A stretch of DNA of 64,000 nucleotides from Enterococcus phage VRE9_2: the sequence record PP680568.1; one strand, given 5' to 3'. Position numbers and translations under genes: made by a program. Positions 47,068 to 56,635 of this stretch are shown here, in pieces (the first letter of the stretch is position 1; each line of letters starts with the position of its first letter). Under the pieces are notes generated by a model. It had not been told where the DNA came from. It did no database searches and saw only the letters and a program-made list of their open reading frames with translations.

Positions 47068-47276
47068 TGAGAGATTTAGATTTGGAAAGCCTAGAAGAAC
47101 ATAAACCCCCACGAACAATTACAATTCCTGACGGAGTCAATATTAGACTTGATTTCTTTAAAAGACAGGGTGAAGACAAAAAACCAGTTATACTATTAAA
47201 TAATCCAGGATTGAGCGAATTAGAAAAAATGTTTACCGATCCTAATACAAAAGTTTATGGATGGAAAAAAGACTAG
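47067..47276 (+). CDS. hypothetical protein
   Basis: 69 aa. Confidence 0.4.
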   Translation: MRDLDLESLEEHKPPRTITIPDGVNIRLDFFKRQGEDKKPVILLNNPGLSELEKMFTDPNTKVYGWKKD

Positions 47277-47296
47277 ATTTTTTCTAGTCTTTTTTA
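47268..47296. terminator. bidirectional terminator
   Basis: GACTAGAttttttCTAGTC hairpin flanked by A/T runs; between convergent genes. Confidence 0.55.
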
Positions 47297-47979
47297 TTTT
47301 GCCAATATTCTTTTATACCTACATTAATTTCTTCTTCATCAGGAATATAGATATCCCCAAAAACTTCTTCAATAGTTGGAAAATTACTTCTAACGATTTC
47401 ATCCTTTACTTCAATTACAGCATATACTTTATATTCTCCAAATTTACCTTTTTTCTTTTGACATGCTAATTTAACTAAGCCCAATTTATCTAGTAAGTCT
47501 AAAATAGAATCCATAGCATCATAAGCTGAACCCGAAGATTTTTTACCTAATATTTCGGTAATCAAATAACGTTTAGTAAAGAAAAAGATTTTATTCTTAT
47601 CTTGATAATACCACTGCATAGCTCGAAGAAAAGAATAAATTGTAATAACATTATCTGTCTGTATTTGATATAGGTATTTAAGTGTTTCAGGATGAATAGT
47701 AGTAAATAAATGTTTTATAGGGAGTTTCATTTTATCATTTTCTTCTAAAATAAAACCATATTCTTTTAGCTTATTAATTTGACGATTTATGGTTCGGCTT
47801 GACACACATAATTCGTTTGCAGCTTCTTGACTAGAAAAGTCTTTTTTATTAATATATCTTGGTTCTCCCTTTTTCCCATTCCATTTAGAAATTACCTGCA
47901 AATATCCATATAATCTATCAATATTTCTCAAACTTGTAAAATCTTGTGTCGTTGGAATTTGATTTTTATGATTATTCAA
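47284..47979 (-). CDS. HTH-domain protein (putative transcription regulator or replication-associated), lone minus-strand gene in the plus block
   Basis: ELCVSSRTINRQINKLKEYGFI helix-turn-helix; 231 aa. Confidence 0.5.
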   Translation of the reverse strand: MNNHKNQIPTTQDFTSLRNIDRLYGYLQVISKWNGKKGEPRYINKKDFSSQEAANELCVSSRTINRQINKLKEYGFILEENDKMKLPIKHLFTTIHPETLKYLYQIQTDNVITIYSFLRAMQWYYQDKNKIFFFTKRYLITEILGKKSSGSAYDAMDSILDLLDKLGLVKLACQKKKGKFGEYKVYAVIEVKDEIVRSNFPTIEEVFGDIYIPDEEEINVGIKEYWQNKKD

Positions 47980-48107
47980 ACTTTCTGACCCCCCTTCTAC
48001 TGAAATAGAAAAAAATTAGGACAGTTTGTCTTGAGATACCCATTTGATTTTTTATATATATCATGATATAATTAATTATAAAGTTAAATAAGGAGGATAA
48101 ACAGTAA

Positions 48108-48662
48108 ATGATATTTTTTATTATAGTATTTGCTGCAATATTTGTCAATATGTACCGACGTGGACGAAAAGTAATTGACAAAGAAGACCAGGGCGTAACC
48201 TTTTTATTTTCTGTCGCTATTGGAAGTATATTTCAAGCTACTGCTATTGCTTTAGTAGCTATATTCATAACATTAAGTTATTATAAAATAACTAATAGTT
48301 ATGAATTATCTATGGTAGTTACTCCATTAACATATATTAATTCAGAGCAAGATTATATAGTTCATAAAGATGGAGAATCAGATGAAATTGATTTTTATAC
48401 CTTTGCTACATTAGATGTAGATGGGAATACAAAGTTATATAAAAACATTCAAATGAATGAAAATACTGATGTTGTTATAGATAATAAAACAAAAAGACCA
48501 CGATTAGAAAGAGCAGTAGGTTTAATTCCATCAACTCCATGGACATATATTATAAGTTTAAATCGTAAAGAAGCTACTACTATTGGTTATAAATTAATAG
48601 TGCCAGAAGGAACTGTTATAGAAATGCACGAACAGGAGGAATTAGATGCGGGTAGAAAATAA
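48108..48662 (+). CDS. membrane protein
   Basis: two N-terminal TM segments; conserved promoter-leader upstream. Confidence 0.45.
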   Translation: MIFFIIVFAAIFVNMYRRGRKVIDKEDQGVTFLFSVAIGSIFQATAIALVAIFITLSYYKITNSYELSMVVTPLTYINSEQDYIVHKDGESDEIDFYTFATLDVDGNTKLYKNIQMNENTDVVIDNKTKRPRLERAVGLIPSTPWTYIISLNRKEATTIGYKLIVPEGTVIEMHEQEELDAGRK

Positions 48663-48846
48663 AGCAATTAAAAAACTAATTAAAGAAATGGATCAATCTT
48701 TTGAAGAATTTGAGAAAAGTATGAACTATACTTTATCTGCAACACCTCTTATTCAAGAAATTAAGGAAGTAATGGATCAGCAAAAAGAAACCCAAAAGAG
48801 CGAGAAAAGGAGTTGGCGTGATTGGTTAAAGAAATTGTGGCATTAA
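48646..48846 (+). CDS. hypothetical protein
   Basis: 66 aa. Confidence 0.35.
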   Translation: MRVENKAIKKLIKEMDQSFEEFEKSMNYTLSATPLIQEIKEVMDQQKETQKSEKRSWRDWLKKLWH

Positions 48847-49037
48847 TTACTGTTTTGTTTTTAGGTATTGTTGGTGGTTTTATTATTTTGTTTAGTATAG
48901 TTGGAACTCTTATGCTGGTGCCAGCTAATATTATTGGAATGGTCATTGTTATTATTGTTGGACTAGTTATGAGTAAATTATATTCAATTGCAGTTCAAAA
49001 AATTATGCCTTATATAAATAATAAATTAATCAACTAA
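48822..49037 (+). CDS. small two-TM membrane protein (holin-like topology)
   Basis: 71 aa, two hydrophobic helices, charged C-terminus. Confidence 0.35.
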   Translation: MVKEIVALITVLFLGIVGGFIILFSIVGTLMLVPANIIGMVIVIIVGLVMSKLYSIAVQKIMPYINNKLIN

Positions 49038-49112
49038 GAGTGACTCTTAGTTGATTTTTCTTTTTTAAAATGATATAATTAATATATAAGGAAATGAAAT
49101 GGAGAGAAGAAA

Positions 49113-49616
49113 ATGAATTTTTTAGATTTTATTTTTAAGAAATTAAACCCCAAAAAAGCACAAACAAAAAATATTTATTTAAATAAAGAGGGTAGAGATT
49201 TAATAGTTAAATTATATACCGAAACAGAAAATGAAAATGATATTACGTTTAGAAAAATATTTCATTATGAAATAAATTTATTAGAATATGGGTTAGAAAT
49301 TTCTAAAATAGAAGAAACTTTTACTTATTTTCGACTAGAATCGGAAGAAGACAAAAATAAAGCTATCCGAGCTATTGCTTCGGGATATTTTTATCCAGGA
49401 GTTATTGTTGGGAAACAAGAAGACAATCCTTATATTAAAAATAAACTAAGAGAATTAGCTTATGAAAACGAACGACTAGAAAGATTCCATTGGGCTTTAT
49501 ATAATACAGAAATTTCTGGAGTTCTTGATATTGAACTTGAGAAGAAATTTAAAAATATTGATGACCCAGATAATCAAAATATAGATTCTGTTGGATTTTT
49601 ATTTTGGAATAAATAG
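49113..49616 (+). CDS. hypothetical protein
   Basis: 167 aa. Confidence 0.45.
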   Translation: MNFLDFIFKKLNPKKAQTKNIYLNKEGRDLIVKLYTETENENDITFRKIFHYEINLLEYGLEISKIEETFTYFRLESEEDKNKAIRAIASGYFYPGVIVGKQEDNPYIKNKLRELAYENERLERFHWALYNTEISGVLDIELEKKFKNIDDPDNQNIDSVGFLFWNK

Positions 49617-49632
49617 AGAAGGCGGTAATCTT

Positions 49633-49752
49633 ATGTTATTGAATATATTTTATTTAGCAGGATTAATATTTTGTGGATATATTTATATCATGTTTATAGT
49701 CGAAGAATTTCTTAAAAGTATACGAAAACGACCATATCGAAGAAAGTGAGTT
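49633..49752 (+). CDS. small membrane protein (39 aa)
   Basis: MLLNIFYLAGLIFCGYIYIMFIVEEF... Confidence 0.25.
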
Positions 49753-49762
49753 GATTCTATAA

Positions 49763-49963
49763 GTGACAGATTTTCTATTATTAATCTTTATTGCTATCAT
49801 CGCCCCAACATTTCTTTTAATATCTTTGTTTCCTCTTGGAATAGCATTTATTTTTATGAATTTAGTGCATTTCTTTATTTTAAAAGCAATAATTTTAGGA
49901 ATAGGTTTTTATTTAACAATAAAGTTAGGAAATTTAATGGGAATGATTTTATTTGTAGGATAG
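49763..49963 (+). CDS. small membrane protein
   Basis: 66 aa, hydrophobic. Confidence 0.35.
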   Translation: MTDFLLLIFIAIIAPTFLLISLFPLGIAFIFMNLVHFFILKAIILGIGFYLTIKLGNLMGMILFVG

Positions 49964-49978
49964 AAAGGAATTTAAATA

Positions 49979-50401
49979 ATGGAAGAATTAAGAAAAGATT
50001 TAGATAATTTAATAAAAAGCTATGAAGAAATTGCATTTTCTGAAAGTTATGGTTTTGATAAATACGATATTCCAATTGTAGCTGAGCGAAATGCCTATAA
50101 AAAAGTTTTGCTTGATTTATACAAGTTTCGAAGCAAACATACTAAATTAAAGGCTGTTCCAATTCCAGTTATGAAATGGATAATCGAATGTAAAGAAAAG
50201 CATTTAACTTTAAATGACTCAATTGAACAATTAATAAAATTAAGGTTTAATGATAAAAAAAATTGGCAAGAGTACGTAGAAATTCTTCATTGGTGGACTG
50301 AAAATAGTGTTTTATATGAAGAAGCTTGGTTTAAAGGTCCTACTGTTGCTGCAGTAGAAAAATTTCAAGATGAATTGGAGGATTTTTATGATAAATTGTA
50401 A
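49979..50401 (+). CDS. hypothetical protein
   Basis: 140 aa. Confidence 0.45.
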   Translation: MEELRKDLDNLIKSYEEIAFSESYGFDKYDIPIVAERNAYKKVLLDLYKFRSKHTKLKAVPIPVMKWIIECKEKHLTLNDSIEQLIKLRFNDKKNWQEYVEILHWWTENSVLYEEAWFKGPTVAAVEKFQDELEDFYDKL

Positions 50402-50591
50402 GTTTCATAAAGGAGATATAATTGGTTCTACGACTGAACCAGGTAAGTACTATGTAATTACAGAAATCAACGTTGTTGGCAAAACATATGTTATGAGAAA
50501 AATTGAAATGGATTTATTTGATGATAGAGCAACTGTTACTGAAGGTTTAATTTCAGTAATTGATAAAGATTTTTATAGAGTAATTACGTAA
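50370..50591 (+). CDS. hypothetical protein
   Basis: 73 aa. Confidence 0.4.
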   Translation: MNWRIFMINCKFHKGDIIGSTTEPGKYYVITEINVVGKTYVMRKIEMDLFDDRATVTEGLISVIDKDFYRVIT

Positions 50592-50614
50592 ATTGATAAG
50601 GAGGCTAAATTAAA

Positions 50615-50950
50615 ATGTTAATGATTAGTGGTTCAAGAGGTAGTGGAAAAACTTTTGCTGCTTTACTATATGCTAGTAAAATGGCTTATCCTTTAGTGGT
50701 TAGAGACGAGCGAATGGTTAATTATGTAAGAACTTTGGCAAATGTAATGAATATTCCATTAACTAAAGCACCAATTACTTTTAAAGAATATGCTAAAATT
50801 TGCAAAAGAGAGTCTGGTGATGAGTTAGAATTTGGTTATGTACTTGATGAACTTCAAGATTTCGAACGATCTTTTTCTGATGTTAAATTACTTAACTGTC
50901 AAGCCTATACATGTACTCTATTAGAAAGTTTTTTCAAAAATGAAAAATAA
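50615..50950 (+). CDS. small P-loop (Walker A) protein
   Basis: ISGSRGSGKTFAA = GxxxxGK[ST]. Confidence 0.45.
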   Translation: MLMISGSRGSGKTFAALLYASKMAYPLVVRDERMVNYVRTLANVMNIPLTKAPITFKEYAKICKRESGDELEFGYVLDELQDFERSFSDVKLLNCQAYTCTLLESFFKNEK

Positions 50951-50962
50951 AGAGGGATAAAA

Positions 50963-51223
50963 ATGAAATATGTAGCAATTTTTATACCAGATTTACTTTA
51001 TATGGATGATAAAGTAGGGGACTTCCATTTCATTTGGAATCCCCAGACAAGAATGTTTCATCAGCGTTGTGATTTTGAAACAGCTTATCCGCCACTTGTT
51101 ATTCTTGAAGGTTCTGATTGGTTATTATTCTTGGCTGATGGACGTGATGGTTGGGGTGAAATTAAAAAAGCGTCTAAAACTCAATTTATAATTTCACAAA
51201 TCGCCATGGAGGGTCAATTATGA
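50963..51223 (+). CDS. hypothetical protein
   Basis: 86 aa. Confidence 0.4.
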   Translation: MKYVAIFIPDLLYMDDKVGDFHFIWNPQTRMFHQRCDFETAYPPLVILEGSDWLLFLADGRDGWGEIKKASKTQFIISQIAMEGQL

Positions 51224-51426
51224 ATCTAAATTTAAAAGCATTTCTGATTACCACTGGGCTAGTTTTGTTTGCAGCATTTTCATTACTTTTTATAGCTCAG
51301 AATATGGCGTTAGCTGGTAATTTATTTATTATTGGTTGTTTAATTGGGTGTATCTATATTTTATTCAATATTGTAAAAGAGGTATTAATATATAAAGAAA
51401 ATAATAAAAAGGATGATGAAAAATGA
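51220..51426 (+). CDS. small membrane protein
   Basis: 68 aa, two TM segments. Confidence 0.4.
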   Translation: MNLNLKAFLITTGLVLFAAFSLLFIAQNMALAGNLFIIGCLIGCIYILFNIVKEVLIYKENNKKDDEK

Positions 51427-52145
51427 GCGATTTTCAATTAAGTGTAGGATCAAGAGTTGTTGTTACTGTTGAGGGAATATTTAAAAATGAAGTAGGAACT
51501 GTCGAACAGATTTACTTTGATGATTTAAGTGCGAATGTTTTCTTAGATTCTTATGGAGCGCCCGAGATCTTCAGTTTTTCTTATTTACGTCCTATTGATG
51601 ATGATCGTTTACCTATACCTAGCGTAGAAGAAATGGTTGAAGAAGCCAAAGAAATTCTTGCAATTGATAAATTTGAAATTGGTGGTAAAGTTGAGATTCT
51701 TACTGGAGAATTCACTGGTTCTGTCGGAACAGTTAAATGTATTAATCAAGATAAAAACTCTGTTACTATTATACTTCCAATTAGCACCACTTATTCTAAA
51801 ACTCTTGATTTTAAGCCAGATGAATTAGCTGTAGTTCATACTAAAGATAGTCTACCGATTAGCGTCCTCAAAATCTCCGAACTTGAAGAAGTTCTTCGTT
51901 TGAAAAAGGATATTCAAACTTTTAAGCCAGATGAATTAGCTGTAGTTCATACTAAAGATAGTCTACCGATTAGCGTCCTCAAAATCTCCGAACTTGAAGA
52001 AGTTCTTCGTTTGAAAAAGGATATTCAAACCCAAGAAAATTTTGCGAGAATGCACAATGAACAAGCTAAAAAATTCAAAAAACAACTTGAAGAATTTTAC
52101 GTCAAGCTTCAAGATAAATATGGGGCCCACAGCAATGAAGACTAA
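51423..52145 (+). CDS. hypothetical protein containing a perfect 37-aa tandem duplication
   Basis: FKPDELAVVHTKDSLPISVLKISELEEVLRLKKDIQT occurs twice consecutively. Confidence 0.5.
   Translation: MSDFQLSVGSRVVVTVEGIFKNEVGTVEQIYFDDLSANVFLDSYGAPEIFSFSYLRPIDDDRLPIPSVEEMVEEAKEILAIDKFEIGGKVEILTGEFTGSVGTVKCINQDKNSVTIILPISTTYSKTLDFKPDELAVVHTKDSLPISVLKISELEEVLRLKKDIQTFKPDELAVVHTKDSLPISVLKISELEEVLRLKKDIQTQENFARMHNEQAKKFKKQLEEFYVKLQDKYGAHSNED
51809..52030 (+). repeat. perfect 111-bp x2 tandem direct repeat inside a CDS (in frame)
   Basis: 51809-51919 identical to 51920-52030 by eye. Confidence 0.7.
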
Positions 52146-52407
52146 AGTAATTGCCATTTGCGCCACCATGTTAGTAATACTTGCTCTCTTGGGGTTATTA
52201 TTTTTTCCAACACTTATAGGAATGTATCCAATCTTAGGAGATTGTATTTTTTGGACGGTTATGATTATAGCTAGTATATCTCTGATTGTTTTGATATATC
52301 AAGAAATATTATATAGGTTAAAAAGCGTAAGAAAGAAAAAGAACTTGAAGAACTTCAACAGTATCTTTATAGCGATAAATTGGAAAAACCAAAGGTTAAA
52401 GGGGTGA
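52135..52407 (+). CDS. membrane protein
   Basis: start at MKTKVIAICATML; two to three TM segments. Confidence 0.4.
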   Translation: MKTKVIAICATMLVILALLGLLFFPTLIGMYPILGDCIFWTVMIIASISLIVLIYQEILYRLKSVRKKKNLKNFNSIFIAINWKNQRLKG

Positions 52408-52563
52408 TTCTTCATAAATGAATATAAAGAATTAGAATAATGGAAAGATATAGAAGGTTTTGATGGTAATTATCAAATTTCTTCATTTAGAATGGATTAC
52501 CCAAAAATAAAATTTAAATCATGGGAAAGAAGCCACAAATTACAATAGATAGGAAGAATTAAA

Positions 52564-52776
52564 ATGTATATTGTAGAAATTATTGATCCAGCGAGAGCAG
52601 AGTTAGCCTATAGTCCAAAAGTTTTCAGTACTCAAACAGAAGCAAAAGAGTATCTACAAGAAGCTTGTGATAATACACATGGACTAGAAGGCGTTATCGT
52701 ATCAGTATTACTAGAAAAGAATTTCAGTGATAACCGAATGATTCTGACGTCAGCGGATATTTTCTATCACACATAA
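52564..52776 (+). CDS. hypothetical protein
   Basis: 70 aa. Confidence 0.4.
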   Translation: MYIVEIIDPARAELAYSPKVFSTQTEAKEYLQEACDNTHGLEGVIVSVLLEKNFSDNRMILTSADIFYHT

Positions 52777-53093
52777 CAGAAGAGGATGACAAAATATAGT
52801 GAAAACTGTACGGACTATATAAACCTTCTATATTAAATATAGAGTACGAAGAGCTATATTAGAAATTTTTCGAGACATATTTCTCGCACTTGAAAGTACT
52901 TTTGAAGACATATTTCGCGATTAAGTAATATATAGCGTTCCCTTCGGGAACGTAAATAATAGCCTTATATTTTACTCACTTCGTTCGTAAAATATAAGGT
53001 ACTGGGCGGCTTCGTACGTGGTGATTCTTATTTGAAATTTTTAGTTTTGCGTGCTATAATTAATTATAAAGTTAAATAAGAAGGGATTGAAAA

Positions 53094-53441
53094 ATGTTGA
53101 GGAAATATTTTATTGATTCGTTGTTGGGTAGTGTGCCACGAGTTCGTGGTAGAAAGAGAATTATTTTTTATATTGAGAACGATAGTGCATTGGAAGAAGA
53201 TTTATTGGAAGCCTTACAAGAATCTAAGTACGATGTTAAATGGCAATCTGGTGTTTCCCCAACACTTTTTAGTGCTATTAAAATGAATGGTTCAATTGCA
53301 ATTTCTTGTACCGAGAGAGAATCAATGGATAGTTTTATATTAACTTATTATGATTTAAATTCTGTTTTTTCTTGCGACCACGAAGAAGTTTCTCGTAGAC
53401 TTCATTATAGGCTTTTTGCTAGAACTTGGAGGGGTAAATGA
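53094..53441 (+). CDS. hypothetical protein
   Basis: 115 aa; conserved promoter-leader at 53050-53090. Confidence 0.45.
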   Translation: MLRKYFIDSLLGSVPRVRGRKRIIFYIENDSALEEDLLEALQESKYDVKWQSGVSPTLFSAIKMNGSIAISCTERESMDSFILTYYDLNSVFSCDHEEVSRRLHYRLFARTWRGK

Positions 53442-53442
53442 T

Positions 53443-53760
53443 ATGAGTATGTTACAATATTATTTGTCGAATTTATTGAAGCAATGCCGAGAAGATGGTA
53501 TTTTTTATATACAGTTTGATGTAGGTAATAATAGAAATGTAATGAAAAAACTATTAGCTTCGCTTATGACAATGGAAGGATACAATATTACTTGGGGTGG
53601 CTCAGGAGATCCTCTTATAAATTATTGTCCTGTTATTGCTCAGACAATTGTCCTAGTTAAAGAGAATACTATATTCACAACTTGTGTTATCAATCATGAT
53701 GACGATTATTCTGTATATGTTCCATTTCATTTAATAAGTAAAGTATTGGAGGAAGGATAA
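53443..53760 (+). CDS. hypothetical protein
   Basis: start at MSMLQYY after GGAGGGG. Confidence 0.45.
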   Translation: MSMLQYYLSNLLKQCREDGIFYIQFDVGNNRNVMKKLLASLMTMEGYNITWGGSGDPLINYCPVIAQTIVLVKENTIFTTCVINHDDDYSVYVPFHLISKVLEEG

Positions 53761-53999
53761 TGGCAATTAAGATAGTAGGACCGATTAAAGAATTAACGGA
53801 GAATGAAGATCTTGTATGTTGGGTTTCTCCTACAATGGATGTTTTTAAAGGTAAGATTTTTCAAAAAGAGGATTTTACTAAAGTGGAAACTTGGAGTGGT
53901 ATAAACACATATATTCCTAAGTCTGGTGGCTTTACTTATGCAAAAAGATGGGTCTTGGACACAGAAGATATTAGGTCTGATTGGTTCAAACACGAGTAA
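53760..53999 (+). CDS. hypothetical protein
   Basis: 79 aa, coupled. Confidence 0.4.
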   Translation: MAIKIVGPIKELTENEDLVCWVSPTMDVFKGKIFQKEDFTKVETWSGINTYIPKSGGFTYAKRWVLDTEDIRSDWFKHE

Positions 54000-54176
54000 A
54001 ATCCTCCGTTTTGGTAAAAAAATAAGGAAAAATAAAAAAGAAAAAATCCGTGTGATAGACGGTTAAGACGCACAAAACCTAGCCTAGAGGACACATTAGA
54101 CGGGAAAATATACGAAAAATTATTCGAGGGCGTCGAAAAATCTTAATATTGAAGAGGAAATTCTCGAAATTGAAAT

Positions 54177-54263
54177 GGAAACCCTCGATAAACTTCAAAA
54201 ACCCTCAATGTTGAGATAAAGATTATTGAAAACCCTCAATGTTAAAATGAAAACCCTCAATGT
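54177..54263 (+). repeat. direct repeats AAAACCCTCAATGTT x3 (plus a degenerate 4th copy)
   Basis: copies at 54198, 54229, 54249; degenerate GAAACCCTCGATAAA at 54177. Confidence 0.65.
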
Positions 54264-54353
54264 TGTGTGGCACCCTCCAGTCTCAGTTTAACGCAAGGCT
54301 AGCCCCGTCCTCCCTTATAACAAACACGACGATACGCGACAAACCTAGAAAGG

Positions 54354-54716
54354 ATGATTTATTTGAGTAAACAGCTTAAAATGGCAGTAATTCAAAGTGA
54401 CGAAATGATATGTTATTTTGATGATGAAACTAGAGAGGTTCAGCGTTATAGTGATATATGGAATATAGATCGAATGAGGCTCCACGTAATTAAACAGGGC
54501 GCCACCTTCGTATGTGCAGTATCGACTCCTAGTGGTTATATAAGAGAATATTATGTTAATAACAAGCCAAAAGTGCAGAGTATATCTATGAACGAGCTAT
54601 TCAAATCTGGTGTCGACAACATTGGACTGGCCCAGCCCCACAATCCATGGAGAGAAGACAAGCCCCAAACAGAGAGCCGCCTAGATGAGAATGCTTACTC
54701 CTCTCTCTCTTGGTAG
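54354..54716 (+). CDS. hypothetical protein (GC-richer island)
   Basis: 120 aa; composition differs from flanks; start uncertain. Confidence 0.4.
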   Translation: MIYLSKQLKMAVIQSDEMICYFDDETREVQRYSDIWNIDRMRLHVIKQGATFVCAVSTPSGYIREYYVNNKPKVQSISMNELFKSGVDNIGLAQPHNPWREDKPQTESRLDENAYSSLSW

Positions 54717-54890
54717 ACACCATTTGAAAAATTATATTCATAATGATATAATTAATATATAAATGAGATATGAAAAATAAATAAAAACATAGGGGGCGGA
54801 CATATCCCCCTAGTTTACTCCCCCAGTTTCGGGAGGAGCATTTAGGATTTTCAATTTTCGTTTTTCAATTTTGAAAGGGGATTTTAGATT

Positions 54891-56060
54891 ATGAAATTAT
54901 CACGACTAACTCAGGAAGATGTTATTAAAATTATAGAAAGCACTCCAAGAACACAACTTGAAAGACGAGGATCTGAAGAAGGCTTTACATTAGGATTTAT
55001 TCTTAATAAATTAGCTCGTAGTATGGTAGTGGCAGAAACGCAAGAAGAATTTTCTAATCTTAGAACTAATGCAGATGGATTCTTAACTGGAGAAGAACGG
55101 TATAGTGAATCTACTGGTTTCTATATCATATCTGAAAAAGAGGTTGATGGAAATTATATTAGTATTAGTCAATCTGAAAATATCTCTAATTTAATTTTGT
55201 ATCCTCAACTTTATACTCGTGAAGAAGCCCAAGTAATTGGAATGCGTTTGCGTACAGCGATTAATGATTTATTGTCTTATAGCTCTAGTCTTACAGCAGA
55301 CACAAAAGTAGATCCATATGCAATCGTTCAAAAAGGATTATTAAATTATCTAATGCCTAAAGAGGCTCGAGTTATCTCAAGCGCTTATGAATATATGTAT
55401 AATAATCTAACAGACAAAAAGATTGGAGACGTTGTTAGTCCTTTCTATCTATCTGAAGAAGTGCGTGCAGGAGCTCCATTCTCTGTTAAGAAATCATTAG
55501 AAAAGATTGACCCTAATTTCGAACTGAAGAATCGTATTGGCTTATTTGCAATCTGGTCATGGTCTCAACTATTCACCGCTATCGAAGAAAATGGTTGGGC
55601 AGGTTCACCTACGTTAAATGACCTAGGTGTTGATTCAGACTTTATCCAAGAAACACTTGGAAAATTTGATGAAGATTTGAAGAAACATATTGTGGAAATG
55701 CAATACGTATATACTTCACGTAAATATTTGGGTTATGAATACCTACGTGATAATCTAACTAAATATCAATCCCCTACGAAGATCGGTCCGTTTGAATATG
55801 GAATGGCAACTGTTTATAGTGGGACTACTGGAGCTTATATTTTAGTATCTGTTCGAGGTAAACATACATTCTCTAACCCTCGACACATGGAAGGATTCCT
55901 TCAACCTGCGACTTACGAAGAAGCAGTTGATGACCTAACTATTGGAAATATTATTTCAACTGAACCTTATAACCAAGACAAGATTGTCTTTGAGAAAGCA
56001 AGCAATAGTGTAGCTCGTTATATCTTAAACAATCTAAAAACCATTGAAGAAGAAGAATAA
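54891..56060 (+). CDS. hypothetical protein (389 aa) in GC-richer island
   Basis: long ORF; strong terminator after stop. Confidence 0.5.
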   Translation: MKLSRLTQEDVIKIIESTPRTQLERRGSEEGFTLGFILNKLARSMVVAETQEEFSNLRTNADGFLTGEERYSESTGFYIISEKEVDGNYISISQSENISNLILYPQLYTREEAQVIGMRLRTAINDLLSYSSSLTADTKVDPYAIVQKGLLNYLMPKEARVISSAYEYMYNNLTDKKIGDVVSPFYLSEEVRAGAPFSVKKSLEKIDPNFELKNRIGLFAIWSWSQLFTAIEENGWAGSPTLNDLGVDSDFIQETLGKFDEDLKKHIVEMQYVYTSRKYLGYEYLRDNLTKYQSPTKIGPFEYGMATVYSGTTGAYILVSVRGKHTFSNPRHMEGFLQPATYEEAVDDLTIGNIISTEPYNQDKIVFEKASNSVARYILNNLKTIEEEE

Positions 56061-56065
56061 AGGTA

Positions 56066-56090
56066 AGGACCCCTCGTGGGTCTTTTTTTG
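56066..56090 (+). terminator. rho-independent terminator
   Basis: GACCCCTCGTGGGTC followed by T7. Confidence 0.65.
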
Positions 56091-56220
56091 TATTAGTCAG
56101 GATAATTTATCCTCTCTGTTTTATTATAACATTTTATACAGAAAAAATCAAGGGGTGCTGAGTTTTAGGAAAAAATCCTGGCTTTACGAGGCAAGCCTTT
56201 AACGTGGCAAAAATCTAGCG

Positions 56221-56632
56221 TGGTGGTCAGCATTAGGCTGGGTTCCGGCCGTGCGCGACCGGCCAAAAAATAACACCCCATTATGAGAGAATTCTAATTT
56301 TCACAAATTAAAATAACGGTTTTGGGATTTTGGATTTTTATTCATGTTATTGAATATTAATTCAAGAAGCTGAAAAGCCCGTCATATCAACGTTTTGGGG
56401 CGGTGTTATTTTATAAATTAAGTTTTTTCTGTTATTTTATGTTTTTTAGATAACAAGAGAGTTTTAATTTTTCACAAACTATTATTAAAAAATAACAAAA
56501 ACATTATTAGAAATTTCTAATTTTCTAATTTTGAGAAAAAATTGATTTTCAGAAAATTTCATGAAAACTTTCAAAAATATTTTCATTTTCATAGATTAAA
56601 AAATAGTGAGATTTCTCTCACTATTTTCTTAT
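56221..56632 (+). ncRNA. noncoding module A: GC hairpin + AAAATAACA/TGTTATTTT and TTTCACAAAC repeats + terminal terminator hairpin; candidate sRNA gene or origin element
   Basis: CCGGCCGTGCGCGACCGGCC hairpin then AAAAAATAACAC; repeats; terminator AATAGTGAGAtttCTCTCACTATTTT at 56602-56629; no ORF. Confidence 0.4.
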
Positions 56633-56635
56633 TTC

